NCBI GenBank assembly: GCA_049431025.1
Contig: JBMTCP010000009.1
Location: forward strand, 4,228-68,227
From: Bacteroidia bacterium
GTDB taxonomy: Bacteria; Bacteroidota; Bacteroidia; UBA7662
Direction of reading: 5' to 3'
Length of the DNA stretch: 64,000 nt
Part shown: positions 36,649 through 48,571 of the stretch, one piece after another
Position numbering within the stretch: the stretch's first letter is position 1
Layout: every line of letters starts with the position of its first letter
The notes under the pieces: model-generated
Told to the model about the DNA's origin: nothing
The model's database searches: none
What the model saw: the letters and a program-made list of their open reading frames with translations, nothing else
Made by a program: the position numbers and the translations under genes

Positions 36649-39486
36649 TTAGGCGAGACCCAGCAAACAAGGCAGGGTATAACCGGGCAAGGGGCCTGCT
36701 TTGGGGCCCGCCATAGCCTTCCAGTCCTTGGCAAAACCCTGCCAAAGGATGTTTCCGCCCCCGGCACCCCCCTCGGGGCCCAGGTCCACCAGGTAATCAG
36801 CAGCTCGGAGCAGGTCAACCTGGTGCTCAATCACCAAAACGGTGTGGCCTTTGTCCACCAGGGCCTGCAAAAGTTGCACCAGAACCCGTATATCCTCCAT
36901 GTGAAGGCCGGTGGTGGGTTCATCCAGGATGTAAAGGGTCTGTCCTCCTTCCCTTCGGCCCAATTCTGCGGCCAATTTGAGGCGCTGCGCCTCACCTCCG
37001 GACAATGTAGTCGCCGGTTGACCCAGCTGGAGGTAGCCCAATCCTACCTTCTCGAGGGTAGCCAGGCGCTTTCGGAGGTGGGGCAGACCGTCAAAAAACG
37101 GAACCGCCTCGTGAATCGACATCGAAAGGACTTCGTGTATGTTACGGCCTTTGTAGCGGACCTCGAGGGTATCCCGCTGGTAACGCTTGCCCCCGCAGTT
37201 TTCGCAAGGCAATTCGACATCGGGCAAAAAATTCATCTCCAGAACCCGGACCCCTGCCCCACCGCAGGCCTCACAACGTCCCCCGGCTACATTAAAGGAA
37301 AAGCGTCCCGGGGTGTAGCCTCGGATTTTGGACAAAGGCATTTCGGCAAAAAGCTGCCGAATGTCGGTAAACAGGCCCGTATAGGTTGCTGGATTGGAGC
37401 GAGGGGTCCGGCCAATCGGGGATTGATCAATCTCAATGACTTTGTCCAGATGCTCCCATCCTTCCAAACCTTTGAATGGCAAATGAAAGCGACGGGTACC
37501 GGTAATTTGATTGGTGAGAGCCGGGACTAGGGTTTCGTTAATCAACGAAGATTTACCGGAACCGGAAACCCCCGAGATTCCGATGAGGCACCCTAGAGGC
37601 ACCCGAAGGTCCACCCGACGCAGATTATGCCCTGCAGCTCCCGTCAAAGCCAGACGATGCCCGTTTCCGGGGCGGTCCTTGGAGGCCCCTACCTGACGGA
37701 CCCCGGATAAATAATCCGCCGTCAGGCCACCGCTGAGACTCAAGGCCTCCGGTGGGCCCTCCGAGACCAACCGCCCCCCCTCCGAGCCGGCACCAGGCCC
37801 CAAATCCACCACCCAGTCGGCAGCGCGAATCATCTCTTCGTCGTGTTCCACCACCAAAACAGTATTCCCCAAGTCCCTCAGGTTGCGCAATGCCCCAATC
37901 AAACGACGGTTATCGCGGGGGTGCAATCCGATACTAGGCTCATCCAGAATATACAAAACCCCGCTCAGCCCGGAGCCCAATTGACTGGCCAGTCGAATCC
38001 GCTGGGACTCCCCACCGGACAACGTAGCCGTGCTTCGGTGCAAATGCAGGTAACCGAGACCCACATCCAACAAAAACTGCAAACGAATTCGCAATTCTTT
38101 GAGAATTTCATCGGCTACCCTGGCTTTGTTTCCTTTGAACGACCCCTCCAATCCCCCCAGCCACTCCTGCAAGGTCTGGAGTTCCATACTGCAGAGATCA
38201 GCAATGCTCTTGCCCTCGATCCAAAAATGCAAAGCCTCTTTCTTGAGGCGTCCTCCACCGCATTCGGTACAGGGCTTTTGACGGACGAATCGCTGCACCC
38301 ATTCCTGCATGGCCGCCGTCCCCCATTCATCCTGCCGGGTAATCAAAGCCATTAAGCCATCAAAGGCATGGTATTCCATCCCTCGATCCTTGCCCATATC
38401 CACCGCCACGGGTTCTTTTTGGCCATACAAAAGCAAGTGCTTTTGGCCCGAAGTCAACTGCGAAACCCGTGTTTGGAGACCAAACTTGTTTTTCTTGCCC
38501 AATGCCAGGATAACCCGAAAAATCCAATTGTCTTTGTATTCCCCCAACGGAGCCAAGCCCCCGTTCCCCAAGGTGAGCTCCTCGTCCCCAAAAACCAATT
38601 CAGGATCCGCCTCCATTTTGGAGCCTAGGCCTTGGCATCGAGGGCAGGCCCCGTACGGCAGGTTAAAGGAAAAGGTGTTGGGTTGGGGCTCGTCGTAAGC
38701 CAATCCGTTTTCGGGATCGGTCAACAATTTGCTGAAATACCTCCAAGCCCAAACCCCAGCGTCCTCGTCACTGGGTGTACCGCATAACAAAACTCCTTTA
38801 CCCAACCGGGTAGCCAATTCCACGCTGGTTTTGAGGCGCTGATTGGAATCCTTGCCGGGGACCAATACATCAACCACCAACTCGATATCGTGCACCTTGT
38901 AGCGATCTACCTGCATTCGGGGTCGTAAATCGGTGACTTCCCCATCAATACGGACCTTGGTAAAACCCTGCTTTCTCCACTGTTCAAAAAGCTCACGGTA
39001 ATGACCTTTACGGCTACGGACCAAAGGAGCCAGCAACATCAAATCCCTGCCCCCGTAATCCTCCATCAAGGACTCCATGATTTGAGCCTGACTAAACTGC
39101 TGCATAGGTTTACCCGATACCCAAGAGTGTGCCTGACCAACCCGGGCGTACAGTAACCTCAGGAAATCATAAATCTCGGTTGTCGTACCTACGGTGGATC
39201 GGGGATTGCGCGATGTGGTTTTTTGCTCAATCGCAATGACCGGACTTAGTCCGTCAATGCGATCAACTGCCGGTCGCTCCAACTTACCCATGAACTGTCG
39301 AGCATAAGCCGAAAAAGATTCCAGGTATCGACGCTGACCCTCTGCGTAAAGGGTAGCAAAAGCAAGCGAAGATTTACCGCTTCCGCTGGGTCCCGTAACA
39401 ACAACCAAAGCCTCGCGGGGCAGGGTTAAATCCAGGTCCTGCAGGTTGTGTTCCCGGGCTCCCTCTATGCGCAATTCTTGGTTCAT
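36649..39486 (-). CDS. uvrA: Excinuclease ABC subunit A
   Basis: GAREHNL, two [10 protein letters not shown] Walker A motifs, zinc fingers, LSGGESQRI / LSGGEAQRL; ATG 39486 overlaps the upstream stop (ATGA). Confidence 0.97.
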   Translation of the reverse strand: MNQELRIEGAREHNLQDLDLTLPREALVVVTGPSGSGKSSLAFATLYAEGQRRYLESFSAYARQFMGKLERPAVDRIDGLSPVIAIEQKTTSRNPRSTVGTTTEIYDFLRLLYARVGQAHSWVSGKPMQQFSQAQIMESLMEDYGGRDLMLLAPLVRSRKGHYRELFEQWRKQGFTKVRIDGEVTDLRPRMQVDRYKVHDIELVVDVLVPGKDSNQRLKTSVELATRLGKGVLLCGTPSDEDAGVWAWRYFSKLLTDPENGLAYDEPQPNTFSFNLPYGACPRCQGLGSKMEADPELVFGDEELTLGNGGLAPLGEYKDNWIFRVILALGKKNKFGLQTRVSQLTSGQKHLLLYGQKEPVAVDMGKDRGMEYHAFDGLMALITRQDEWGTAAMQEWVQRFVRQKPCTECGGGRLKKEALHFWIEGKSIADLCSMELQTLQEWLGGLEGSFKGNKARVADEILKELRIRLQFLLDVGLGYLHLHRSTATLSGGESQRIRLASQLGSGLSGVLYILDEPSIGLHPRDNRRLIGALRNLRDLGNTVLVVEHDEEMIRAADWVVDLGPGAGSEGGRLVSEGPPEALSLSGGLTADYLSGVRQVGASKDRPGNGHRLALTGAAGHNLRRVDLRVPLGCLIGISGVSGSGKSSLINETLVPALTNQITGTRRFHLPFKGLEGWEHLDKVIEIDQSPIGRTPRSNPATYTGLFTDIRQLFAEMPLSKIRGYTPGRFSFNVAGGRCEACGGAGVRVLEMNFLPDVELPCENCGGKRYQRDTLEVRYKGRNIHEVLSMSIHEAVPFFDGLPHLRKRLATLEKVGLGYLQLGQPATTLSGGEAQRLKLAAELGRREGGQTLYILDEPTTGLHMEDIRVLVQLLQALVDKGHTVLVIEHQVDLLRAADYLVDLGPEGGAGGGNILWQGFAKDWKAMAGPKAGPLPGYTLPCLLGLA

Positions 39487-40490
39487 GGCAGACCCAAACC
39501 CCATTCAGCCACGGGTACCAAAGACCAGTTCGAAGCCTTGTCCTTAAAGGCCTTGGTGGGTCGGCGCAGGGTATAAGTCGCCCTTTCCGGATTGCGAAGG
39601 GAAGTTTTACGAATCCAGGGATTAAAAATTTTGAGTTCCCGAAAAGTCATGCCGTTCGCCTTGGCATAATTTACCCAATTGGGCACCGGTTCGTTAATGG
39701 TCCATTCCTCGGTTTCAAATGGCAGATAAACCTGCGATGCCGTCAAATGAAACCCGTACCGTTCGGGATGTTGCATGATGGTTTTGATGGCCAAAATACG
39801 GGGTAGATAGCGCGAAGTTTCGTTGTTCAAGTGAAGTTCCGGGTAGCGGTCTTGGCCCTGAAAATTGGCTTGATTGCGAAGTCCCGCGGTACCCATGTTG
39901 TAGGATGCGGCAACCATCGACCAGTTACCAAATTGATTGTAGGCCCTAAGCAAATACCGACACGCCGCTTGGGTTGAAAGCCAGGGATCGTAGCGTTGGT
40001 CAACCTCCTCGTTGACTTGCAGACCGTGCTGCCTAGCGGTCCCGGCCAAAAACTGCCAATAACCCACCGCTTCGGCCGACGAGATCGCATTAGCCAACCC
40101 GCTTTCGGCAACCGCCAAATATTTAAAGTCGTCGGGGATACCGTTTTGTTTTAACACTTTTTCGATCATTGGAAACCAACGTGCCGAGCGTTTGATATAA
40201 AGCAACATGGTCGCTTGACCATACGCATTTTGAAGCAATTCCCGCTCAACCCTTTCACGGAATTCAAAATCCCACAAAGGGACCTTTTCACCGGCAAACT
40301 GCATGCCTTCGGGGACGGGCACCGAATAAATGCGGTAATTCGTCCAAAACTTTTGACGATAGGCTTTTTCTTCTTCGGTCTTGTAGGCCGTGGTCAAAAG
40401 CCCAACCACCCCGACCACAAGCAGGGTGAACAAAACCCCCATCGCCGTTGGGGCAGGCTTCCAATTAAATTTAGGGGCAGAGAACAACAT
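39483..40490 (-). CDS. Lytic murein transglycosylase (MltD-like SLT domain)
   Basis: [32 protein letters not shown]. Confidence 0.88.
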   Translation of the reverse strand: MLFSAPKFNWKPAPTAMGVLFTLLVVGVVGLLTTAYKTEEEKAYRQKFWTNYRIYSVPVPEGMQFAGEKVPLWDFEFRERVERELLQNAYGQATMLLYIKRSARWFPMIEKVLKQNGIPDDFKYLAVAESGLANAISSAEAVGYWQFLAGTARQHGLQVNEEVDQRYDPWLSTQAACRYLLRAYNQFGNWSMVAASYNMGTAGLRNQANFQGQDRYPELHLNNETSRYLPRILAIKTIMQHPERYGFHLTASQVYLPFETEEWTINEPVPNWVNYAKANGMTFRELKIFNPWIRKTSLRNPERATYTLRRPTKAFKDKASNWSLVPVAEWGLGLP

Positions 40491-40529
40491 GAACGAAGAC
40501 CTATAGGACTTACAAACTTACGCCACAAT

Positions 40530-41102
40530 CTAACGGCGTTTGTAAACCGGAAAGGCCGAACAAGGTTCTCCGTAGAAAAGACTCTGAACCACGCCCATTA
40601 AGCGTTGGGTCAAAGCAAGGTACAAGGCGGGCGTCCAATCGGCTTTGGAACAGGCTTTGATCATCAAACGAGCATCCCGATAAGGTTCGACATCCAGCGT
40701 ACGAATCTTTTCCAACGCCAAACGGCATTGAACCTGCTCAGGAGTTCCAAATTCTATACCCAAAGGGCTGGTGGATGTCAAACCAGTCTGAAGTCGCGCT
40801 GCCAAAACCATGACCGCCCAGGGTGGCCACAAAGCGGGTATCGAACAAAAAAAAGCAACCCAACGCCCTTCAAAAGGGGTTACATCCATGGCGATGACCC
40901 GCGCTCTGAAGTCTTTCTCACGAAGGACCCCGTTTTCGTCCAGGTAATCGGCCAAATCCAAAGGTTGAATCTGAGCCAGGGGTACAAGAAAATCGTTGGG
41001 ATCCAAAACTTGTATCCCGCTTTCTTGAACTTTGTTACGAATCGGTAAAAGATCTTCGTCCATTCCCGTAAACGTAGCCGCTGGACTCGGCTGCGAAGTC
41101 AA
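40530..41102 (-). CDS. DUF2480 family protein
   Basis: IRNKVQES...LREKDFR...P.WA.M...IKACS...SLFYGEPCSAFPVYK pattern. Confidence 0.75.
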   Translation of the reverse strand: MTSQPSPAATFTGMDEDLLPIRNKVQESGIQVLDPNDFLVPLAQIQPLDLADYLDENGVLREKDFRARVIAMDVTPFEGRWVAFFCSIPALWPPWAVMVLAARLQTGLTSTSPLGIEFGTPEQVQCRLALEKIRTLDVEPYRDARLMIKACSKADWTPALYLALTQRLMGVVQSLFYGEPCSAFPVYKRR

Positions 41103-41104
41103 AA

Positions 41105-43204
41105 TTAATAGAAGAGATGACGATCGTCCTTGATCGTGGCCAATTCACGTTTGGCCCCAAAAGGTTCGTTCCCAGCCCGTCCCCGGTATTGACCTTCCAG
41201 GGAAGCCTTGGCTGAACGGAGATCGTAATCTTTGGGAAGGCTGCTTAAACTATCCACCACGAACACATATACCCCACGTTCTCCGGCTACAGGTTTACCA
41301 ATTCGACCCTTGGGGGTTGAAAACAAAGCACCGGATAGTTTAGGTTCTTGGCCTACCCCGTTGATAAAGGAGCCCAAGAAGGAGGCCCCAAACAGGGGCT
41401 GAACCATAACACCCACTTTGGCGGCGGCCGCCTCAAGGTTGGGGTTTTGACCCAGGGCCTTGGTCCATTTGCTGCTGAGCATTTCGCCCTTTTTTTCTTT
41501 ACGAATACGGTACTCCAAATCGGATTTGACTTCTTCCAAAGGCTTATAGCCTTTTTCCATAGCTTTGGTAAGGACGGCGACCACAAAACGATCCTCGGTC
41601 TCAAAGAGGGGACTAAGGTCGCCGGGTTTGGCTTTGTAAGCCCAACGAACTATCTCACGGGCATTGGTGATGCCGGGAATAACCCGATCACCAACCCGAA
41701 TATTGTCGGCAGTTCGCTTGGGCAAGCCCTTGGTATCAACTGCTTTTTGAAATTCCTCAGAATTTTTGAGCCCGGATGCAAAAGCCGTCGCCTCGGCAAA
41801 TCGTTCCCTAAAGGTCTCGGTGGAAGGCGTAATCCTTGAAGCAACAGGAGCCAACTTGACCACGGGTTTTTGTCCTTTTTGGTCGTTGATTTGAATCAAA
41901 TGGTAGCCGAAATCGGAACGCACCACCACCAAATCACCACTGCGTCCACCAAAACATGCGTCGTTGAACGGCTTAACCATCATGCCTTCGGCAAAATAGC
42001 CCAGATCACCGCCTTTGAGAGCGGAACCGGGATCAGCGGAGAAAGTGGTCGCCAGAGCCCCAAAATCCGATCCACTCCGAACCGCCTGCAATAAGCTATC
42101 AGCTTGCGCTTTGACCGATGAATCCGGACGATTTTCGACTTGGAGAAGAATATGTCTGGCCTTGACCGAATCGGGGCGACTTGTTTTTTGGGATAATTTG
42201 GTCAGGAAATACGCTCCGTTTTCGACGTATAGTTCCGAAACCGTACCCACGGGAGAAGCTGCTAAGGCAACCAAAACCGGCTGAGTTAAGGTAGAAACGG
42301 CCGTGTAACGATCATCGTAAGGCAAATCAGACCTTAATGAAGCAAAAGCGCTGTCCTCGGTACTGGCGATAAGGGCTTCACGCAAATCGAGCAGGGTTTG
42401 ACGGGCTTTGGCCGAGTCATCGGCCGAAGCGTTTACCTCGAAACTGACATAATCCAAGGCTCGGATATCGTCCTTGAGTTTGTAGGCTGCTTTGAATTTC
42501 TCGTAAGCGCTTTGGTAATCGGCATCGCTCACTTTGATGGTGGTATCAACAACGGTGCTATAATCCAGAAGTGCATAGCGTCCCGTGGCGGCTATGTTCG
42601 TGCCTTTTACAAATTCATCCGCAAAGTAATCCGGGATGTACATCCCCTTGCTGACCAGATTGGCGTATTTCTTGGTAGCACGATCCTTAAGGAGGTAATC
42701 TTCAAAGGCTTTCCACTTTCTCTGCATATCGGCAGGTTGTTTGGATAGATTCTTCAAAAAATCCACGACCCTGCTGCGGTCAAATTGTCCGGTTTGTGGG
42801 TCCGAAAAGGCCTTTTGAATCTCAGGATGCAGGTTTTTGCCTTGCACCATATCGTACAATTCCTCTTCACCGACTTCCAAACCCAGGTCCTGGTAGGTTC
42901 CGCCCATGATTTCCTCCCTCAATAGCTCATTCCAAACCTGATCGCGCAGCGATGCCATGGTGGCCTCGTCAATTTGGGAGGTGTTGGTATTGGCCTTATA
43001 GTTCTCGACCGTTTCCTGGAGTTTGGCGTCAAAAAAATTCAAACTGATTTTGTTTCCTTCAATTTCGCCGACATCCGTAGGGTTTCTCTGGGAGAAAATA
43101 CCGTTTCCAGAAAAAACATCCATGGCCAAGAAGGAAACCAGCGCCAGACCGATAAGAGCGACCAGTAAGCCCGCTTTGCTACGTATAGTGGTAATAACCG
43201 ACAT
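41105..43204 (-). CDS. ppiD: Periplasmic peptidyl-prolyl isomerase/chaperone (PpiD, SurA_N plus parvulin)
   Basis: N-terminal TM; VKARHIL, SADPGSALKGGDLG, FGYHLI parvulin motifs. Confidence 0.88.
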   Translation of the reverse strand: MSVITTIRSKAGLLVALIGLALVSFLAMDVFSGNGIFSQRNPTDVGEIEGNKISLNFFDAKLQETVENYKANTNTSQIDEATMASLRDQVWNELLREEIMGGTYQDLGLEVGEEELYDMVQGKNLHPEIQKAFSDPQTGQFDRSRVVDFLKNLSKQPADMQRKWKAFEDYLLKDRATKKYANLVSKGMYIPDYFADEFVKGTNIAATGRYALLDYSTVVDTTIKVSDADYQSAYEKFKAAYKLKDDIRALDYVSFEVNASADDSAKARQTLLDLREALIASTEDSAFASLRSDLPYDDRYTAVSTLTQPVLVALAASPVGTVSELYVENGAYFLTKLSQKTSRPDSVKARHILLQVENRPDSSVKAQADSLLQAVRSGSDFGALATTFSADPGSALKGGDLGYFAEGMMVKPFNDACFGGRSGDLVVVRSDFGYHLIQINDQKGQKPVVKLAPVASRITPSTETFRERFAEATAFASGLKNSEEFQKAVDTKGLPKRTADNIRVGDRVIPGITNAREIVRWAYKAKPGDLSPLFETEDRFVVAVLTKAMEKGYKPLEEVKSDLEYRIRKEKKGEMLSSKWTKALGQNPNLEAAAAKVGVMVQPLFGASFLGSFINGVGQEPKLSGALFSTPKGRIGKPVAGERGVYVFVVDSLSSLPKDYDLRSAKASLEGQYRGRAGNEPFGAKRELATIKDDRHLFY

Positions 43205-43224
43205 CTTACAAAAATTAAGGGATG

Positions 43225-43232
43225 CAAAAATA
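43225..43232 (-). promoter_or_regulatory. -7 promoter box for ppiD
   Basis: TATTTTTG 20 nt upstream of the start. Confidence 0.55.
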
Positions 43233-43243
43233 AGTCTTTGGGC

Positions 43244-44524
43244 CTATTCTTCAGCATCCTTTCCGAGGCGGCGTAGCGTGATCAGGTCGATTCGGGTGGT
43301 ACTTACCGCCTCTACCCGCACTTCCAAACCCTCTTCGATCCACGTGCTGCCGGCTTCGGGAAGGTCGCCCCGGCTTTCCATGACCCAGCCCCCAAGCGTT
43401 TCGTAAGGCCCGAGGGGTATGGCCAAGTCGTAATGTTCGTTCACGTAATCCACCTCCAAACGCCCCGAGAACAAAAACTTGCCCGACTCCAAGACTTTTT
43501 CTACCCTTTCGGGTTCGTCATGCTCATCTTGAATTTCACCAAAAATTTCTTCGAGCAAATCCTCCACCGTTACCATACCGGCGGTGCCTCCCAATTCATC
43601 AACAACCAAGGCCATGGATCGCCTGCCTGCCGTAAGTTGTTTCAACAGGCGAGATGCTGACATGGACTCCGGAACAATAGCCAAAGGCAATTGCAAATCC
43701 TTGAGTCGAAAAGGCAAGGACGAGTCCAGGGCCAAGACCGAATGAAAGTGAACATAGCCCACGACATGATCCATATCTCCCTTGTATAACAAAAGCTTGG
43801 ATAGGCCACTTTCATTAAAAGCCTCAAGCACTTGTGCACGACTACTTTCCAAATCGATACCCACCAATTCAGTCCGGGGAACCATGCAGGCCCTTACCTT
43901 GATATCGCTAAAATACAAGGCTTTATGAAAATACCCCAAATCCACCTCTTGTTCCGAAGCCTCCTCTTGGGAACCAACCTGCTCGTTAAGCCAATGACTT
44001 AATTCGGCTTTATCATAAACCCTGGCCGTTCGATCCTCGCCTTCGTCACTAATCTTCAAAACCAACCAGCGACTGACTCCACTCACCAAATAGACAAATG
44101 GATATAACAAATAATAAAAGGCCTGCATGGGGCGAGCAAATGCCATGAATAATGCATCAGCATTAGCACGAAAAATCGTTTTGGGGAAATACTCGCCCAA
44201 CAACAAAACCACCACCGTGCTTAACAAGGTCTGCAGGCCCAGCAAGGCCACGTCAAGTTCTGCCAATACAGGAAAAAATCTTAATAATAAAGGCTCCATG
44301 AGCGGGGTCAAAAACATGCCATAAATGACCAGCGCCAGGTTATTTCCTATCAAAATCGTCCCCAAAAACTCATCGCTATTTTTGACGAAACGACCCAAAA
44401 TGAGGGCGGAGGGATGGCCCTGTTTCTGACGCAATTCCAAACGAAAACGGTTCGCGTTCAAAAATGCTGACTCCATGCCCGAAAAAAAAGCCGAGGCCAA
44501 TAGGGCCAATACAATACCAATCAC
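43244..44524 (-). CDS. Hemolysin/CNNM family protein (DUF21-CBS-CorC)
   Basis: SAFFSGMESA, ILIGNN, GEYFPK, MVPRTE, VVDELGGTAGMVTVEDLLEEIFGEI. Confidence 0.9.
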   Translation of the reverse strand: MIGIVLALLASAFFSGMESAFLNANRFRLELRQKQGHPSALILGRFVKNSDEFLGTILIGNNLALVIYGMFLTPLMEPLLLRFFPVLAELDVALLGLQTLLSTVVVLLLGEYFPKTIFRANADALFMAFARPMQAFYYLLYPFVYLVSGVSRWLVLKISDEGEDRTARVYDKAELSHWLNEQVGSQEEASEQEVDLGYFHKALYFSDIKVRACMVPRTELVGIDLESSRAQVLEAFNESGLSKLLLYKGDMDHVVGYVHFHSVLALDSSLPFRLKDLQLPLAIVPESMSASRLLKQLTAGRRSMALVVDELGGTAGMVTVEDLLEEIFGEIQDEHDEPERVEKVLESGKFLFSGRLEVDYVNEHYDLAIPLGPYETLGGWVMESRGDLPEAGSTWIEEGLEVRVEAVSTTRIDLITLRRLGKDAEE

Positions 44525-44533
44525 AAGCCGAAA

Positions 44534-45109
44534 TTAAGACCGACCCCCCCAGCGAACACTGCCTTTGAGCCTTAGAATACGGTATTGACTTAAATCACGG
44601 TTAGCTTCCAGGCCCTCCCCCCTCAATTCTTCCCTGGGCGTTCGGATACGAACCGGTCCGTTCGTGTACACGCGACCTGAACCTTCGTCCATCAAGAGAT
44701 GCTCGGTGAACAGGGTATCACCCGCAAGGTTATTGGTTACAACACGGCCTTTGGCCTCCAAAATCGCTTTCTTGGTATCCCTGCTTCCTCCAAGTGCTTT
44801 GAGCCGGCTAACGACTTTAAGGCCGCTTGCATCGTAGAAAACGACTTCCAGGCCATCATAAAATTCCAAACGATTTTGGGAGCGTTGCCAAGACGCCTTA
44901 CCGGCCATGGCATGGGCCTTGACCTTGTCTTGGCTATAAAACCACCAATCGACGCCTTCCATTTGATCAACCCCCACCTCCATGGAACGACGAAAACGTT
45001 CCGAGGCTACGGGGTCAGGAGCGCAATGCAGGTTAGCCAGCGCAGCGAGCCCAAGGACCCCAAGCAACCAACTCCTCCATTCACCAAAAAGATTGGCCAT
45101 GCAGGCCAT
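44534..45109 (-). CDS. lptC: LPS export periplasmic protein LptC
   Basis: GLEVVFYD...GDTLFTEHL...VYTNGPVRI...G.GLEAN jellyroll pattern; conserved position between the TPR and hemolysin genes. Confidence 0.75.
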   Translation of the reverse strand: MACMANLFGEWRSWLLGVLGLAALANLHCAPDPVASERFRRSMEVGVDQMEGVDWWFYSQDKVKAHAMAGKASWQRSQNRLEFYDGLEVVFYDASGLKVVSRLKALGGSRDTKKAILEAKGRVVTNNLAGDTLFTEHLLMDEGSGRVYTNGPVRIRTPREELRGEGLEANRDLSQYRILRLKGSVRWGGRS

Positions 45110-46473
45110 TAATCCGAGGTACGGACCGAAGTGCTTTCCTGTATCCAGCAACCAACCCGATAAGCATCCCCACCTTTGTAGGGGGGATTGTTAAAAAAGA
45201 GGGTTTCTTTTTTGGGGAAATACCCGCTGTACTTGCTGATTAATTGATCGCATTCGGCCTGAAATTCTGGATTAATTCGGGCCGCTTGTTTGAATTTATC
45301 AACCGCTGCCCAATAAACGGCTTGGGCCGCAATACCACCACCACCACAAACATTGTAACTGGCCGCATACAGATTACCGATAAAAATCAAAGGCTTACCC
45401 CAGGTTGGGCGTAGAGCCTGAGCCTGCAAGGCCAAATCCCTGGCTTTATCGTATTGCTTGTCTTCGCTGAAAAGAGCCGCGTAATCCATGGTGTATTGGG
45501 CCTTAACCGAATCATCGGTTACCAATTGAAGGGCCTGTTGATAATAGGTATCGGCTTCTTTGCTGCGACTGCTTTTGTGGAATCGGCGAGCCAATTCAAT
45601 GCCAAGGGCAGGTTGGGGATCGTCCGCGAATTTACTGATGGCCACTTTCTCGTAGAATTCCGAGTCCTTGCAATTTTTGATTCTTAATTGATTGTAAATC
45701 AAATCTCTAAGGGACTTATCGGTATTTCCTTCCGCAAATTTTGCCTCAAAATTTTCGAGAATTTGTTCGCAATTTTCAATCACCGATATCGACAAATCAG
45801 CATCCAATGCCGCCTTGTTTTCGGCGAATCGCAAACGTTTGGTCGAATCCAAAGATGGATTAGCCATATTGGCATCGGCGATCCCAGCCAATTGGTTGTA
45901 GAGTTCAAAAATTTGGGTTTGGGTTAAAGCGCCACCTTTGAATTCCTTGATAGCCACCTTGAAGTAATAACCCAAAACAAAAGGCTCTGTCGCCTGACCA
46001 CCTGACCTCACTGCCTCTTCAAAGGCTTCACGAATACGTTGGTTTTGGCCTGGAATAAATTCCAGCATATCCAAAGCCTTGCGGCCCAAAGCATTGGAAG
46101 CGCTTTTGGGAAAGTACTTAGCGCGAGCATCGTAAATCAACATCAGGGTATCAATCAAAGGGGTCCTTAGAATGGAGTCTTTTTGGGCTTTGAGGCGGTC
46201 CTTGAACATCACAATGCCGTCAATATGAGTCTGTTCGCGGGAGCATGGTGCTTGCTCAAAAACATAACGCCACGGCTCCAAGGCTGCACTAAAATTCTTT
46301 TGTTTGTAAAATTCCCGATACAAAGAGATATTCTGAATGGTCTGAACGCTATCCACTCCCCACTTCTTGGAGCAATCGGCCTGAGCCAGAACCTTTTGGG
46401 TTGATATCAAACTTAGTACTCCTCCAAGGAAGAGCATCGTACGCGTGAATAGAGCGAATAGCATGGTTTTCAT
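45109..46473 (-). CDS. Tetratricopeptide-repeat periplasmic protein
   Basis: Signal peptide, helical repeats, C-terminal YWAAVDKF...P...LF...VGCWIQE motif of the coaX-cluster TPR protein. Confidence 0.8.
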   Translation of the reverse strand: MKTMLFALFTRTMLFLGGVLSLISTQKVLAQADCSKKWGVDSVQTIQNISLYREFYKQKNFSAALEPWRYVFEQAPCSREQTHIDGIVMFKDRLKAQKDSILRTPLIDTLMLIYDARAKYFPKSASNALGRKALDMLEFIPGQNQRIREAFEEAVRSGGQATEPFVLGYYFKVAIKEFKGGALTQTQIFELYNQLAGIADANMANPSLDSTKRLRFAENKAALDADLSISVIENCEQILENFEAKFAEGNTDKSLRDLIYNQLRIKNCKDSEFYEKVAISKFADDPQPALGIELARRFHKSSRSKEADTYYQQALQLVTDDSVKAQYTMDYAALFSEDKQYDKARDLALQAQALRPTWGKPLIFIGNLYAASYNVCGGGGIAAQAVYWAAVDKFKQAARINPEFQAECDQLISKYSGYFPKKETLFFNNPPYKGGDAYRVGCWIQESTSVRTSD

Positions 46474-46498
46474 AGGACTAACAGTTAAAAGGGCTAAA

Positions 46499-47806
46499 TT
46501 AATCGTAGACTCTCCGGATAAACCAACGATCGTTCAGATTTAAAGAAAGGTTGAAGCGCAAAAAATCTTCACGTAAAAGATTATTTCGTAATGTGCCCCA
46601 TCGTCCGGCCTCCAATCCAAAATTCAAAACACTCACCGAGCGTCTCAACGGTATCCCCAATCCCAAGTGTAGGCTGGCCTCGGGAATCGACTGATCCCGT
46701 AAGCGAAGCCCGCCCGGACTGTACCTCAATCCTGCCCGGTAAATCAGGGAACGTCCCGATGACTCCCCGCCAAGATTTACCAATCGGTAGCCCCCCCAGC
46801 GAAGGGTCCATTGGTCCTGCAAAGAGTCGGCTTTACCCATGACTCTCCAACGGCTCAAAGGCTCATAATTGAATTCCAAACCGGTTCCGGCCTTGCCTTC
46901 TTTTTCTACCCAATACCCCAAGGTCATTTTGAGGGGAACCGATAATTGGCCCCTCACATTGGATGATTGATAAACCGTATCGCGAACCCGGGGATTCCCG
47001 GCGATAAGGGTAAAACGCTCGGCCAATTGGGTTTGATACATCGCGGCTTCAACGGGCAATCGCAGACTAAAACCCCAGGTACCTCTCCAGGCACGCTTGG
47101 CTTGACCGGGCTGAAATTGCAGGCCCAAGTGATGGTAGAAATCCAAGACCGACCATTGGTCTTGAACCCGAACATTAAAAGCCTGAATGGAATCCGGAAA
47201 GACCCGCCTAAATTCCCGGATACTCTTGCCAAAAAGGGCATTGGCGGCATACCCTACTCGCAAGTGGGGATTGATTTGCCAACCCCAGGCCCAGGCTAAG
47301 CGATTAAAACCACCCCTTCCGGTATAGTACTCATCAACGCGGTAGGGCGTCTGACCCCCTCCCGGGTCCACCAGGCCCTCCCCGGAAACATCGTAATTGG
47401 TCAGTGCCAACGGGGTAAACGAAAGGGCCGAACCCATGGACTTGCCTATGGGCACGGCCAAGGCCAAATAATTGAGGTTGATATTGGATTTCATCAGCCC
47501 TTGGTCGCTGGTTTTTAGAAATGAAAAGCGGGCCTGGGTCCCAAATTCCATTCGCGTCAATGCGCCCTGGCCCAAAGAAGCGGGATTCTCGGTATTAATC
47601 CACAAGGGATGGGCCATCGCCGCATGCATACCGCCACTACCCCCGAGGGCCGATCCCACGGTTGGTTGAAATTCACCCATACCAAAGCGAGCATAGGGCG
47701 ATCCGAAATTGGCGATTTGGGCTTGTAATTTTCCGCTGAAACCGACAAGAAGGGCTATTATAAACCCACAAAAAGCGGCAGAACGTTTAAAGAAGTGGTG
47801 AAGCAT
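46499..47806 (-). CDS. Outer-membrane beta-barrel (FadL-like, coaX cluster)
   Basis: SPYARFGMG, NPASL, G.GG, C-terminal DRWFIRRVYD. Confidence 0.75.
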   Translation of the reverse strand: MLHHFFKRSAAFCGFIIALLVGFSGKLQAQIANFGSPYARFGMGEFQPTVGSALGGSGGMHAAMAHPLWINTENPASLGQGALTRMEFGTQARFSFLKTSDQGLMKSNINLNYLALAVPIGKSMGSALSFTPLALTNYDVSGEGLVDPGGGQTPYRVDEYYTGRGGFNRLAWAWGWQINPHLRVGYAANALFGKSIREFRRVFPDSIQAFNVRVQDQWSVLDFYHHLGLQFQPGQAKRAWRGTWGFSLRLPVEAAMYQTQLAERFTLIAGNPRVRDTVYQSSNVRGQLSVPLKMTLGYWVEKEGKAGTGLEFNYEPLSRWRVMGKADSLQDQWTLRWGGYRLVNLGGESSGRSLIYRAGLRYSPGGLRLRDQSIPEASLHLGLGIPLRRSVSVLNFGLEAGRWGTLRNNLLREDFLRFNLSLNLNDRWFIRRVYD

Positions 47807-48554
47807 GGTGGAGCAAGGCGTAAAGACCGTGCAGGGCTAAGTTGGGCTCGGCAAAGATGGGGCCATCGTGCCTGATTTGGGCCACGACTTCGGGTGTAGC
47901 ATCACCGCCACAAACCATGACCCCTGCTCTGGGATGAGCCTCTCCCCAAAGCCTGACATGATGCTGAATTTCGGCCATCCACCCCCCTCCGGCCCCGGCA
48001 TGAATCGCCTCAACAGTGCTTAGGCCAGGGTACGGGGAGGGGCTAAACCCCGGTTCCAAACTTGGTAAAGCCGCTGTTTCCCGGTTCAAAGCCCGGTATC
48101 GCATGCGCAGTCCGGGCGAGATCAGGCCCCCCATATGCCGAGCTACCTTATGGTCCAGGCTGGTTACCAACCAATCCACCGTAAGGCAGGTCCCCAAACC
48201 CAAAACCATCCATGAAAGCCCAGGGTGCAGGGCCATAGCACCTGTCATTTGAATTTTTCGATCCAAACCAAGGGTCTCAGGGGTCCTGTAACTGGATTCA
48301 AAAGGCCACGGTACGGGCCCTTCAGGCCAAAAGGCAGGCGGCAATCCGGAGGAGAGCCATAATTCCTCCCACAAATTGCGAGGCAATGAAACCGATGAAA
48401 TCGCCGTTCGACGAGGTTTTCCCAAACCCAAGGCCTCTTGAAGGGTTTCGTGCACTCGGTTTAGCGGAGAACGCAGGACGGTCACCAAACACCCATCCTC
48501 GTTCCACAAACCCCATTTAATTAAGGTATTACCAGCATCTATAGTCCAAATCAT
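47787..48554 (-). CDS. coaX: Type III pantothenate kinase
   Basis: IDAGNT, YRTPETLGLDR, GTCLT.D, GGLISPG, GGDA, L.LHGL. Confidence 0.9.
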   Translation of the reverse strand: MIWTIDAGNTLIKWGLWNEDGCLVTVLRSPLNRVHETLQEALGLGKPRRTAISSVSLPRNLWEELWLSSGLPPAFWPEGPVPWPFESSYRTPETLGLDRKIQMTGAMALHPGLSWMVLGLGTCLTVDWLVTSLDHKVARHMGGLISPGLRMRYRALNRETAALPSLEPGFSPSPYPGLSTVEAIHAGAGGGWMAEIQHHVRLWGEAHPRAGVMVCGGDATPEVVAQIRHDGPIFAEPNLALHGLYALLHHASPLL

Positions 48555-48571
48555 GGGGTATGGGAGGGGGT

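Noticed and set aside
43244-44524. gldE
   Set aside because: Same fold family, but the lptC-ppiD context points to the generic hemolysin/CNNM paralogue
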